Shown: piece after piece, positions 54,416 to 63,978 of the stretch
Layout of the letters: each line of letters starts with the position of its first letter
Numbering within the stretch: position 1 is the first letter of the stretch
Source: an uncultured Synergistales bacterium
Lineage (GTDB): Bacteria > Synergistota > Synergistia > Synergistales > Aminobacteriaceae
DNA: 64,000 bases
Reading direction: 5' to 3'
Assembly (NCBI GenBank): GCA_905235395.1
Contig: CAJOLN010000001.1
Coordinates: forward strand, 567 to 64,566
Position numbers and translations under genes: made by a program
The notes under the pieces: generated by a model
Database searches by the model: none
What the model saw: the letters and a program-made list of their open reading frames with translations, nothing else
What the model was told of the DNA's origin: nothing

Positions 54416-56054
54416 AAAGGGAATGATTTATTTGTTACGTAAGTTGTTGACAGTATCATTATTGCTGCTATGTTTCATTGTTCCGTCATACGGAGCAGCA
54501 CCAGATAAAGATATTATTATTGTGTACACTAATGATGTTCACTGCGGAGTTGAAGATCATATCGGCTATGCAGGCCTCGCACTCTACAGAAACGAAATGA
54601 GGGAACTAACTCCGTATGTTACAACGGTAGACGCAGGAGACTTTGCACAGGGAGCAACAATAGGAATGATTGCGCAGGGACGCTACATAGTCGAAATCAT
54701 GAATGCAGTCGGCTATGACATAGTAGTACCCGGCAATCACGACTTCGATTATTCAATTGGAATGATAGAGAGCTTCAATAGGAATCTATCGTGCGGATTA
54801 ATCTCATGCAACTTCAAGACAGTCGCAGATGATAAACCAGTCTTCAATCCTTATAAGATACTCACATACGGAGACACTAAGATTGCCTATATCGGAGCAA
54901 CGACACCTGAAACAATCGCGAAGTCAATACCTTCATACTTCATGGATAACGCAAGAGAGAATTTCATTTACACTTTTGACGGAGATTTAACCGGCGAGAA
55001 ATTGATTGCGGATATTCAGAATACAGTCGATAAAGTTCGTGCAAAGGGAGTAGATTATGTTATCGTTGTGGGTCATCTCGGCGAATATGAAGACGTAACA
55101 GAGGTGTGGAGTGCACCGTTCATAGCGGCAAGGACACGAGGAATTGATGTATTCATTGACGGACATTCACACGAAGTTACTCCTGAGATGAAAGTGAAGA
55201 ATGCAGACGGAAAAGACGTAATCATCACGCAGTCAGGAACGGAATTAGCGCATATCGGACAGGTTACGATTGCTTCTGACGGAAAAATATCATCGAAACT
55301 CATTGATTCATCGAACGGAAAAGATGAAGAAGTAGATATAGCAATCCAGAAGATAAAAGGACGTTTCGAGGATACACTGACGGCACATCAGGGGCATACG
55401 AATTTTGATTTGAGAGCTATGGATGATGAAGGCACATGGTTACTCAGAGATGCTGAGACGAATTTATGCGACCTCGTTGCAGATGCTCTTCTTGATTCAG
55501 CCTCAATGACGAAGACGGGTAAAGCAGATCTCTCGCTGATGAATGCGGGAGGAATGCGTACAAACATAATGGCAGGAGATATTATATTCAATGATGTTCT
55601 TTCGGTACTCCCATTTGGAAACACTGTGTGCATTGCCGAAGTATCAGGTCAGGTTATCCTTGATGAACTTGAAATAGGAGCACGTTTAGCCCCTCAGAGA
55701 AGCGGAGGATTACTTCACGCATCAAGACTTACATACACGATAGACACGAGAATACCCACGCCCGTGAAAATGGACAAGACCGGAATGTTCTCAAGCATGG
55801 AAGGAGAAAGGAGAGTAAAAGATGTAAAAGTAAACGGTGAAGTCATTGACCCTGATAGAATCTATAAGGTTGTTTCAATAAACTATGTACTGCTTGAACA
55901 TGGAGACGGTCATATGTTCAAAGGAGCAAAAATTATAGAATCGAATTATGCAGTTGCTTCTGATGTTTTAGGACGCTACATAAGGAAACTTGGAGAAATT
56001 CCGGAAGTGTATGAGAACATCGGCGGGCAAGGAAGACTAACTATAATTCAATAG
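54405..56054 (+). CDS. Bifunctional metallophosphatase / 5'-nucleotidase (UshA-like), secreted
   Basis: YTNDVHCG, DAGDFAQG, GNHDFDY and GHLG motifs plus a C-terminal 5'-nucleotidase substrate-binding domain. Confidence 0.8.
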   Translation: MTTKKGMIYLLRKLLTVSLLLLCFIVPSYGAAPDKDIIIVYTNDVHCGVEDHIGYAGLALYRNEMRELTPYVTTVDAGDFAQGATIGMIAQGRYIVEIMNAVGYDIVVPGNHDFDYSIGMIESFNRNLSCGLISCNFKTVADDKPVFNPYKILTYGDTKIAYIGATTPETIAKSIPSYFMDNARENFIYTFDGDLTGEKLIADIQNTVDKVRAKGVDYVIVVGHLGEYEDVTEVWSAPFIAARTRGIDVFIDGHSHEVTPEMKVKNADGKDVIITQSGTELAHIGQVTIASDGKISSKLIDSSNGKDEEVDIAIQKIKGRFEDTLTAHQGHTNFDLRAMDDEGTWLLRDAETNLCDLVADALLDSASMTKTGKADLSLMNAGGMRTNIMAGDIIFNDVLSVLPFGNTVCIAEVSGQVILDELEIGARLAPQRSGGLLHASRLTYTIDTRIPTPVKMDKTGMFSSMEGERRVKDVKVNGEVIDPDRIYKVVSINYVLLEHGDGHMFKGAKIIESNYAVASDVLGRYIRKLGEIPEVYENIGGQGRLTIIQ

Positions 56055-56064
56055 GAGGTATATC

Positions 56065-56736
56065 ATGAAGAAAATTATTTGTGCACTCGTAATTGTTGGT
56101 TTGGTATCAGGCGTATCATTTGCGGCAACATCAGCGGAACGTATAATCACAAACTCACTCTCAATGTTAGACGAGATAACAGCGCAGGATGATGTTTCAG
56201 GTATGGCAGAGACGGTGAGAGGAGCATACGCAGTCGCATTCGTTCCCTCAATGGTGAAGGCAGGATTCATTCTCGGCGGACAATACGGCGAGGGATTGAT
56301 ACTGAGACACGAAAAAGGGAAATGGTACGGGCCAAGTTTCTATAACATCGGAGGAGGCTCATTCGGACTTCAGATAGGTGCACAGAGCATATCGCTGCTT
56401 CTTGCAGTCATCAATCAGCGTGGAGTTGAGGCATTCACAAGCAGCAGGACGGAACTGGGAGCAGATATAGGAATTGCGGCCGGGCCAGCAGGAAGACGTG
56501 CAGAGGCAGCAACTGATGCACAAGCAAAGGCATCGATATACAGCTACTCAATCGCAAAGGGACTGTTCGCAGGTGTATCACTTCAGGGAGCAGTACTAAG
56601 CATAAGTGTGAAGCGAAACACTGAGTACTGGGGAAAGACAATGTCAGCAAAAGACGCACTCAATACACCAGCGAATGACAAGAGAATTCAGCCGCTAATC
56701 AAGGAACTTGAATCACTGATGAAGAAAGCAAAATAG
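56065..56736 (+). CDS. SYLF (DUF500, Ysc84-like) lipid-binding domain protein, secreted
   Basis: A signal peptide, then AGFILGGQYGEGL...GGGSFGLQIGAQS...GLFAGVSLQGAVL. Confidence 0.7.
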   Translation: MKKIICALVIVGLVSGVSFAATSAERIITNSLSMLDEITAQDDVSGMAETVRGAYAVAFVPSMVKAGFILGGQYGEGLILRHEKGKWYGPSFYNIGGGSFGLQIGAQSISLLLAVINQRGVEAFTSSRTELGADIGIAAGPAGRRAEAATDAQAKASIYSYSIAKGLFAGVSLQGAVLSISVKRNTEYWGKTMSAKDALNTPANDKRIQPLIKELESLMKKAK

Positions 56737-56740
56737 GACA

Positions 56741-57679
56741 ATGGATATCACATATTTGCTCTGGCTTCAGGAGTTCAGGAACGCAACTGATAATGTTCTT
56801 TCTCCGTTCCTTATGTGGATATCAGATTTCGCTGCAAATTCATTAGTTCTCATTCCAGTATTCATTTACTGGGCAGTGAATAAACGTGATGGTCTGTTTA
56901 TCCTCATTGCCTATTCATTAAGCAATGTCATCAATGGTGTAGTTAAACTCACGTTTTGCGTATATCGTCCGTGGATAAGAGATACGAGAGTGATTCCTTA
57001 CGGCAATGCGATAAAAACGGCAGGAGGATATTCATTCCCAAGCGGGCACGTAATGGACTCATCTCCAGTATACGGAGGCATAGCTGTTCTCACCAGAAAG
57101 AAAGCACCATTAGTCATGTGGGTGTGTATTCTGGGAATAATTCTCACTGCATTATCACGGAATTATCTCGGAGTTCATACTCCTCAGGATGTCATCATCG
57201 GAACTATTTTAGGTCTGCTGTCAGTCTGGCTGGCCTCAAAAATAACAGGTTACATCTATGCACGTCCTGAACGCGAGAATATGATTCTTCTTGCTGGTCT
57301 GATAATCATTGCACTGTCAGGAGCATATATAGCACTGAAACCGTATCCGATAGATGAAATTGACGGAAAAATTATCGTAGATCCGAATAGCATGATACTC
57401 AGCAGCATAGGCCCGCTCGGAATGTTAGCAGGAATGATTCTCGGAAGATACATCGAGAAGAGATATATAAACTTCAAGGCAGAAAGATTGACGATGAAGT
57501 CAGGCATTCTCGCAGTGATAGGACTTGTTCCGCTTGCATTTATGGATCATGGTATAAGAGTGTGGCTGTCATTCATCGGGAAAGAACCAGCAAAGTTAGT
57601 TGAGAGATTCATTCTTGGATTGTTTGTCATGGCGATATGGCCTATGGTCTTAAAGTTATTCAAGGCAGGAGAAAATTAA
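56741..57679 (+). CDS. PAP2 family membrane phosphatase
   Basis: KLTFCVYRP, SFPSGHV and SRNYLGVHTPQDV motifs (the KxxxxxxRP / PSGH / SRxxxxxHxxxD signature). Confidence 0.8.
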   Translation: MDITYLLWLQEFRNATDNVLSPFLMWISDFAANSLVLIPVFIYWAVNKRDGLFILIAYSLSNVINGVVKLTFCVYRPWIRDTRVIPYGNAIKTAGGYSFPSGHVMDSSPVYGGIAVLTRKKAPLVMWVCILGIILTALSRNYLGVHTPQDVIIGTILGLLSVWLASKITGYIYARPERENMILLAGLIIIALSGAYIALKPYPIDEIDGKIIVDPNSMILSSIGPLGMLAGMILGRYIEKRYINFKAERLTMKSGILAVIGLVPLAFMDHGIRVWLSFIGKEPAKLVERFILGLFVMAIWPMVLKLFKAGEN

Positions 57680-57683
57680 TATC

Positions 57684-60137
57684 ATGAAAAAATTTGCAAC
57701 ACTAATATTCATTTATGCTCTGTTCATCTCTTCGTCTCATGCAGAAGTTAGTATAAACGCGCTGAATTTTCCAGATGAAACATTCAGGAATTCAATCAAA
57801 CAGCGAGACAGCAACAATGACAATATACTTAGTGATTCAGAAATTGCACTTGTGGATATAATTAACGTATCAGGAACAGGAGTAAAATCTCTTCAGGGCA
57901 TAGAAAATTTCACGTCATTGAAGACGCTTTACTGCGACAAAAATAATCTTGAGAATCTGAACGTCAGCAAAAACACAAAACTTGAATCGCTGATATGTTC
58001 AGAGAACTCAATTTCATCACTGAACACATCAAACCTGAACAATTTATCGCGTCTATGGTGCTGGAATAACAATCTGACGAATCTGAATCTCAATGACAAT
58101 ATCAATCTTAGTTCACTGAGAGCAGACAATAATCTTCTGAGTGATATTGACTTCACGAATCAGCTTAATCTTGCAGAACTCTCGCTGAAAGGTAATAACA
58201 TAACAAGTTCAGGAGTCTTAGAGAGCATATCCTCATTCAAACAGTCAGGAAACTCTGTAACGTTCAACAACGTATCAGAATACAATAACATTCTTCCTGA
58301 CAGCGTGAAGGGGTATGCATCTGACGGCACACTTCTGAATCTTTTATCATTCGGAAATGGCACAGCAGAATTTGAATCAGCTCCCTCAATTGTGAGCTAT
58401 GAATATGATACAGGAATCGATTCACTGACGCTGAAATCTACATCAGTATCTGAAAATATCAATAACGTGGTCATGACTGACAACGGATTATTTTCAGGCG
58501 TAACAGAAGAAGGTGTAACATCATGGAAGGGAATTCCATTCGCAAAGGCACCTGTAGGCAGCCGCAGGTGGAGAGCACCGGAAGCACCGGAAGACAGCGC
58601 AAAATTGTACATGGCAAATGAATTCGCATACATACCGTTACAGCAAAAATCTCCTGCGAATCCTGACTCTTACTTCAGAACTTCCGAAGATTGTCTGTAT
58701 CTCAATGTCTGGGCATCAAATACATATAGGACAGCTTCGCGTCCCGTAGTCGTATGGATATACGGAGGAGCATATGATTCAGGAGCAACATCGAACCCAT
58801 ACTATGACGGCGCAAATTTCGTGAAGGATAACCCTGACATAATATTTGTTTCAATCGCATACAGGCTCGGCATAATGGGCTTCATAGACCTCTCGAATGT
58901 CATAGGCGGAATAAGTTATACGGACAGCACGAACTTGGGACTGCTTGATATGATGCAGGCACTTCGATGGATTAAGGCGAACATATCATCATTCGGAGGG
59001 GACAGCAATAACATAACGTTAATGGGGCAGTCAGCAGGTGCAGCTTCAATCTCACTGCTTATGACAATGCCGGAGAGCAAAGAACTCTTCCAGAAGGCAA
59101 TACTTGAAAGCGGTGCAGTATCACAGACAACACGAAAAGCTGACGCTCAGAAACTCACAGAGAAATTTCTTCAGGTTACCGGCAAGACAGACATGAACGG
59201 CTTGAATTCACTGACCGTTGATGAACTCAATGATGCGATTGACGCTCTTGGGACATACATAAACTTTCCGATATTAGACGGTCGTATATTATCAACTGAT
59301 ATTTACGGAGCGTTTGAGGAAAACTCAGGGAACTTTGATATGCTCATTGGTTCAAATGCAGATGAGCTTAACTATTGGAAAATTACAATGGGAAAAGAAA
59401 GTTTTGACCAGTTTGTGCCCTATTCGTTCAGAATGACTCGTGAGGCAATAAGTCGTTACAGTTTAGAAGATGCCACATTGGCTGATGATTTCATAAAACT
59501 AGTTGAAGAAGATTACGCGGAATTCTTCAATGATTTGTTGTTCAGAGGCCCTGCAATTGCTCAGGCAGAATCGCATTCAGGAAAGACATTCATGTACTAT
59601 TGGGAATATCCTGTACAGCTAGGTTTAGTAGATGGTCTTGAGGCATGCCATTGTTCAGAGACAGCTTACTTTCTGAATAATGATTATCATCCTGTAACGC
59701 TAGTTGTTGATTCAAATCTCAGAAGAAAATTTAACCCCTTAATCGCAAATTTCATCAGGACAGGTAACCCTTCATCAGGTTCTGTAACATGGCCTGAATA
59801 TAACGATCGGACTAGGCAGACGTTCATAATAACAGAGGCAGGAGACTTCATAACAGATTATGCACCTCTTGATGATCAGCGTGAACTAATCATGCCGTTA
59901 TTGAAATGGGGAGTATCAGGTCGCGAGATGATAACAGGAAATTTTGAAAACGGAATCAGTGTAGACCCTGATGCGTCACAAAAATCAAAACCTGACCCAG
60001 ACATCGAACCTGATCCGGACAATAGAGACAATGAAGGTATTGCAAGAAGTTCCGGCGGAGGAGGCTGCAATTCTGGAATGTCATTCATGAATGCATTTGC
60101 TCTCGTGATGTTCATGATGTGGAAAAAGAAATCTTAA
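57684..60137 (+). CDS. Surface protein: LRR domain fused to a type-B carboxylesterase, with a Synerg-CTERM-like tail
   Basis: A signal peptide and about seven 22-aa leucine-rich repeats (LxxLxCxxNxLxxLNxSxNxx). Then GIPFAKAPVGSRRWRAPE, EDCLYLNVW and GQSAGAAS esterase motifs. The C-terminus is SSGGGGC plus a hydrophobic helix plus KKKS. Confidence 0.8.
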   Translation: MKKFATLIFIYALFISSSHAEVSINALNFPDETFRNSIKQRDSNNDNILSDSEIALVDIINVSGTGVKSLQGIENFTSLKTLYCDKNNLENLNVSKNTKLESLICSENSISSLNTSNLNNLSRLWCWNNNLTNLNLNDNINLSSLRADNNLLSDIDFTNQLNLAELSLKGNNITSSGVLESISSFKQSGNSVTFNNVSEYNNILPDSVKGYASDGTLLNLLSFGNGTAEFESAPSIVSYEYDTGIDSLTLKSTSVSENINNVVMTDNGLFSGVTEEGVTSWKGIPFAKAPVGSRRWRAPEAPEDSAKLYMANEFAYIPLQQKSPANPDSYFRTSEDCLYLNVWASNTYRTASRPVVVWIYGGAYDSGATSNPYYDGANFVKDNPDIIFVSIAYRLGIMGFIDLSNVIGGISYTDSTNLGLLDMMQALRWIKANISSFGGDSNNITLMGQSAGAASISLLMTMPESKELFQKAILESGAVSQTTRKADAQKLTEKFLQVTGKTDMNGLNSLTVDELNDAIDALGTYINFPILDGRILSTDIYGAFEENSGNFDMLIGSNADELNYWKITMGKESFDQFVPYSFRMTREAISRYSLEDATLADDFIKLVEEDYAEFFNDLLFRGPAIAQAESHSGKTFMYYWEYPVQLGLVDGLEACHCSETAYFLNNDYHPVTLVVDSNLRRKFNPLIANFIRTGNPSSGSVTWPEYNDRTRQTFIITEAGDFITDYAPLDDQRELIMPLLKWGVSGREMITGNFENGISVDPDASQKSKPDPDIEPDPDNRDNEGIARSSGGGGCNSGMSFMNAFALVMFMMWKKKS

Positions 60138-60148
60138 AACAAAATGTA

Positions 60149-60188
60149 ATTAGAGGTTGTGTAAAAATCACAGCCTCTAATTTTTTTT
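60149..60188 (+). terminator. Intrinsic terminator
   Basis: Stem ATTAGAGGTTGTG / CACAGCCTCTAAT followed by a run of 8 T. Confidence 0.75.
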
Positions 60189-60239
60189 GCACTCTCTGCT
60201 ATACTTTCACGAAATATAAAGAAAGGAAACAAAGAAGAA

Positions 60240-61757
60240 ATGCTTTTAGGTGCATTAGCAGGAGACATAATAGGCAGTCCTTATGAGTTCAAGCGCAATA
60301 ACATCAAGTCTACGGAATTTCCTCTAATATCAGAACGTTCACGCTTCACTGATGATTCAGTGATGACAATGGCAATTGCTCATGCATTAACGAAATGGAA
60401 GAAGGGCGATGAAATTTACGAATCAGAATTTGAAGACGCAGTTAAAGAATCAATGCTTGAATTCGGCAGAACGTATCCATATGTAGGTTACGGCTTTAAA
60501 TTCGCAAAATGGTTAGGCTCAAGAGACCCTCAGCCATATGGGAGCTTCGGCAATGGTTCAGCAATGAGAGTTTCACCAGTTGCATGGTACTTCGATGACT
60601 TAGAGACAGTTGAAAGATTCGCGGCGGCATCAGCGAGACCCTCACACAATCACCCTGAAGGCATTAAAGGTGCACAGGCAACAGCGGCAGCAATCTTCTT
60701 GGCCAGAACAGGAAAATCAAAGGCAGACATTAAAAGCTATATATCAATCAGATACGGCTATGATTTGAATCGAACACTTGATGAGATTCGACCTGATTAT
60801 GAATTTGATGCAACGTGTCAGGGGAGCGTACCAGAGGCAATGATTGCGTTCCTTGAAGGAAATGATTTCGAGGACACAATTAGAAAGGCAGTATCAATCG
60901 GAGGAGATTCAGATACGATTGCGGCAATTGCAGGTTCAATAGCACAGGGCATGTACGGAATACCAGACGAAATTGAACAGCAGGTTCTTCCTGTTCTTGA
61001 TGAGTTCATGACTGATGAGCTTAAACGCTGGGACAATGCATTGAACGCAAAAGCTGAAGACGAATCACCTCTTGAAAAAATTAAAAACGGAATCACTGAA
61101 ATGGTATTCATTCTCGACAGAAGCGGATCAATGGCTGGTCTTGAAAATGATACGATAGGCGGCTTCAATTCCATGATTGAGAAACAGAAAGCAGAACCAG
61201 GTGAAGCATATGTATCTACAGTTCTGTTTGATGACAGGCATGAAGTCTTACATAACAGAGTGAAGCTGAGTGAAATTCATAAATTGACGGAAAAAGATTA
61301 CTGGGTGAGAGGCTCTACAGCTTTACATGACGCGATTGGCAGAGCGGTAAATCATATCGTGAATGTGTACAGGCATTCCAAACCTGAAGACGTTCCGGAA
61401 AAGACGGTATTCACGATAATCACTGACGGATTTGAAAACGCAAGTCGTCAGTATTCAGGCCGTGACATAAAACGCATGATTGAACACGAAAAAGCAAAAT
61501 ACGGCTGGGAATTCCTGTTCATCGGAGCAAATATCGATGCAATCACTACGGCTGAACATCTCGGTATCGACAGAAGCAGGGCAGTTAATTACATGGCAGA
61601 CAGTCAGGGAACAGGCGCAGTATTCAGAAGTGTGAACAGGGCCATGTACAACATGAGGTATGAAGCAAGCATATCGGACGACTGGTGTGAGGAAATTAAT
61701 GAAGATTACACTTCAAGGAGTAAGCCTTCCTTCACCGAAGATATATCTGAAAACTAA
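60240..61757 (+). CDS. ADP-ribosylglycohydrolase domain fused to a von Willebrand factor A domain
   Basis: The N-terminal 270 aa carry GALAGDIIGSPYEF, FTDDSVMT, GNGSAMR and GGDSDTIAAIAGS (ARH family). The C-terminus carries VFILDRSGSM (MIDAS DxSxS), GSTALHDA and IITDGFEN. Confidence 0.75.
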   Translation: MLLGALAGDIIGSPYEFKRNNIKSTEFPLISERSRFTDDSVMTMAIAHALTKWKKGDEIYESEFEDAVKESMLEFGRTYPYVGYGFKFAKWLGSRDPQPYGSFGNGSAMRVSPVAWYFDDLETVERFAAASARPSHNHPEGIKGAQATAAAIFLARTGKSKADIKSYISIRYGYDLNRTLDEIRPDYEFDATCQGSVPEAMIAFLEGNDFEDTIRKAVSIGGDSDTIAAIAGSIAQGMYGIPDEIEQQVLPVLDEFMTDELKRWDNALNAKAEDESPLEKIKNGITEMVFILDRSGSMAGLENDTIGGFNSMIEKQKAEPGEAYVSTVLFDDRHEVLHNRVKLSEIHKLTEKDYWVRGSTALHDAIGRAVNHIVNVYRHSKPEDVPEKTVFTIITDGFENASRQYSGRDIKRMIEHEKAKYGWEFLFIGANIDAITTAEHLGIDRSRAVNYMADSQGTGAVFRSVNRAMYNMRYEASISDDWCEEINEDYTSRSKPSFTEDISEN

Positions 61758-61810
61758 ATTAGCACACAAAAGAGGCCGGTAGATTTTTTCCTATCAGCCT
61801 CAGATTATTT

Positions 61811-62143
61811 TTACTGAAGATGTGCTTCTTCCGTCTTTATCTCCCAGTGAATCAGGAACGTCAATGCGCCTCTCAGAACGATAACTGCTCCAAGTATTGC
61901 AAGTTCACTCCATTCACGAACAATTACTGTCCTCAAAACCTCGCCGCCAAGTTTGAATTCAAGTGCAAGCGCAATCCCTTTCGCAAGTATCAGCCTGACG
62001 TTAGTATCACGCTTAATACATGCCCATATGCTTTTTACTGTCGTCAGCAGAATCGTACATACCCCAGCAAATTCAAGAAGCAATATCCCCGACTGAACAA
62101 GAAAATGAAAAATTTCATCAACCTGATTCAAAAGCTCATGCAT
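61811..62143 (-). CDS. DUF1622 family small membrane protein
   Basis: 110 aa with two or three TM helices and LALEFKLGGEVLRT and VIVLRGALTFLIHWE motifs. Confidence 0.6.
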   Translation of the reverse strand: MHELLNQVDEIFHFLVQSGILLLEFAGVCTILLTTVKSIWACIKRDTNVRLILAKGIALALEFKLGGEVLRTVIVREWSELAILGAVIVLRGALTFLIHWEIKTEEAHLQ

Positions 62144-62161
62144 ACATAAACACCTCCGAAA

Positions 62162-62740
62162 TTATTTCATGATTTGATATGCACACCACAATAATATAAT
62201 TCCCATGATGATATTAAACGGCCTGTAGTATCTCGTCAGGAACTTCTGCAATATCCCTCCAACTGCTCCCCACATGCACCAGCTCACCGAACTTATCGAT
62301 AAGATGAATGCCGCATGAAGAATCATGTCATAGAGACCTGCCTCTGAGGGAATGATGTACGCCGTGAATATCGTGATGAGATAGAGAATGACCTTCACGT
62401 TTGAGACCGCAAGAATGAAACCAGACGTGAAACTTATCGGATGCGAATCTAAATTTGATTGTACACTGAAGACGATATGATATGCAAGCCAGATTATATA
62501 TGCCGCTCCGACATAGCGAAGATATTTTACGAGTTCAGGAACATAAACGGAGAGTTCATGACAGAATAATAGAACAGCAACTATGAGACATGAGAAGCCT
62601 GCGAAAATTCCGAAAATGACATTGCGAGCTTTAGACCATCCGGCAGTACTCACGGAATATAACGACATTAAATTATTCGGGCCTGGTGTGAAAGTTGTGA
62701 TGAGAGCGTAGGGAAGATATGAGAGAAGAACATCAAGCAT
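62162..62740 (-). CDS. LysE/RhtB family amino-acid exporter
   Basis: 192 aa, six TM helices, N-terminal TPGPNN motif. Confidence 0.75.
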   Translation of the reverse strand: MLDVLLSYLPYALITTFTPGPNNLMSLYSVSTAGWSKARNVIFGIFAGFSCLIVAVLLFCHELSVYVPELVKYLRYVGAAYIIWLAYHIVFSVQSNLDSHPISFTSGFILAVSNVKVILYLITIFTAYIIPSEAGLYDMILHAAFILSISSVSWCMWGAVGGILQKFLTRYYRPFNIIMGIILLWCAYQIMK

Positions 62741-62871
62741 TGAGATTAAAAGCCTCCTGAGAAAAAAATTTTCATGTAACTATAGCACATAAATTTGCAT
62801 ATTGATTTAGTGTGTAATTCGTGGCATAATGACCACATCAATAAATTCCAAAACATGAGGTGAAACAGTAA

Positions 62872-62943
62872 ATGCATAGCGTCAATCATAATAATGCACT
62901 CATCATGAAGGCACTATGCTGTTGTTGTTGTTTCACATTCTGA
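62872..62943 (+). promoter_or_regulatory. Upstream ORF with five consecutive Cys codons, a candidate cysK leader peptide
   Basis: GAGGTG lies 8 nt before the ATG. The translation is MHSVNHNNALIMKALCCCCCFTF-stop, and it ends 102 nt before the cysK ATG. Confidence 0.5.
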
Positions 62944-63045
62944 TTCTTTCACGTTAATTTTTCACGCGCAAATTTAAATCACAAAATCGTATCCTGATTC
63001 ATTCAGGTATACACGCACATATATACAATAAGGAGAGATATTAAG

Positions 63046-63978
63046 ATGTCAAAGATTTACACGTCAATTGATCAGCTAATCGGGCGCACACCACTGCTTG
63101 AACTTTCACACATTGAGAAACATTTTGACCTGAAGGCAAAAGTGCTCGCAAAACTTGAATACTTCAATCCGGCAGGAAGCGTTAAAGACAGAATCGCGAA
63201 GGCCATGATTGATGATGCAGAGGCAGCAGGTCTTCTCAAACCGGGCAGTGTGATCATTGAACCTACAAGCGGCAATACAGGAATCGGATTGTCATCGGTG
63301 GCAGCAGCACGAGGTTACAGAATCATAATCGTAATGCCCGAAACGATGTCGATAGAACGCAGACAGCTCATGAAAGCATACGGAGCAGAATTAGTTCTGA
63401 CGGAAGGCAGCAAGGGAATGAAAGGAGCAATTGAGAAAGCCTCAGAACTTGCCGCAGAGATACCTGACAGTTTCATAGCTGGTCAGTTTGTGAATCCCTC
63501 GAACCCTAAGATTCATCGTGAGACTACAGGCCCTGAAATCTGGAATGATACAGACGGATTCGTTGATGTGTTCATTGCAGGCGTAGGAACAGGAGGAACA
63601 TTGACAGGTACAGGCGAATATCTGAAGTCGAGAAATCCGAATGTGAAGATTATTGCAGTTGAGCCTTTTGGATCACCAGTTCTGTCTGCGGGACGTTCAG
63701 GTTCACATAAGATTCAGGGAATTGGGCCGGGATTCATTCCTGAAGTGCTGAACACGAGAATTTACGATGAGATTATCACAGTTCATGATGAAGATGCATT
63801 TGCAACCGGAAAATTAATCGGACGCATTGAAGGTTTCCTTGTCGGAATATCATCGGGTGCAGCAGCATTTGCGGCAATCGAAGTTGCGAAGAGACCAGAG
63901 AATGCCGGAAAGAACATCGTTGTGATTTTGCCGGATACAGGAGAGCGTTATCTTTCAACAACTATGTTTTCAGAATAG
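63046..63978 (+). CDS. cysK: Cysteine synthase A (O-acetylserine sulfhydrylase)
   Basis: NPAGSVKDR (PLP lysine), TSGNTGIGL and [10 protein letters not shown] motifs; 310 aa. Confidence 0.92.
   Translation: MSKIYTSIDQLIGRTPLLELSHIEKHFDLKAKVLAKLEYFNPAGSVKDRIAKAMIDDAEAAGLLKPGSVIIEPTSGNTGIGLSSVAAARGYRIIIVMPETMSIERRQLMKAYGAELVLTEGSKGMKGAIEKASELAAEIPDSFIAGQFVNPSNPKIHRETTGPEIWNDTDGFVDVFIAGVGTGGTLTGTGEYLKSRNPNVKIIAVEPFGSPVLSAGRSGSHKIQGIGPGFIPEVLNTRIYDEIITVHDEDAFATGKLIGRIEGFLVGISSGAAAFAAIEVAKRPENAGKNIVVILPDTGERYLSTTMFSE

Noticed and set aside
62993-63007. Hairpin CCTGA-TTCAT-TCAGG as the attenuator terminator for the cysK leader
   Set aside because: The stem is only 5 bp and is followed by TATACACG rather than a U-tract, so it is not a convincing intrinsic terminator.
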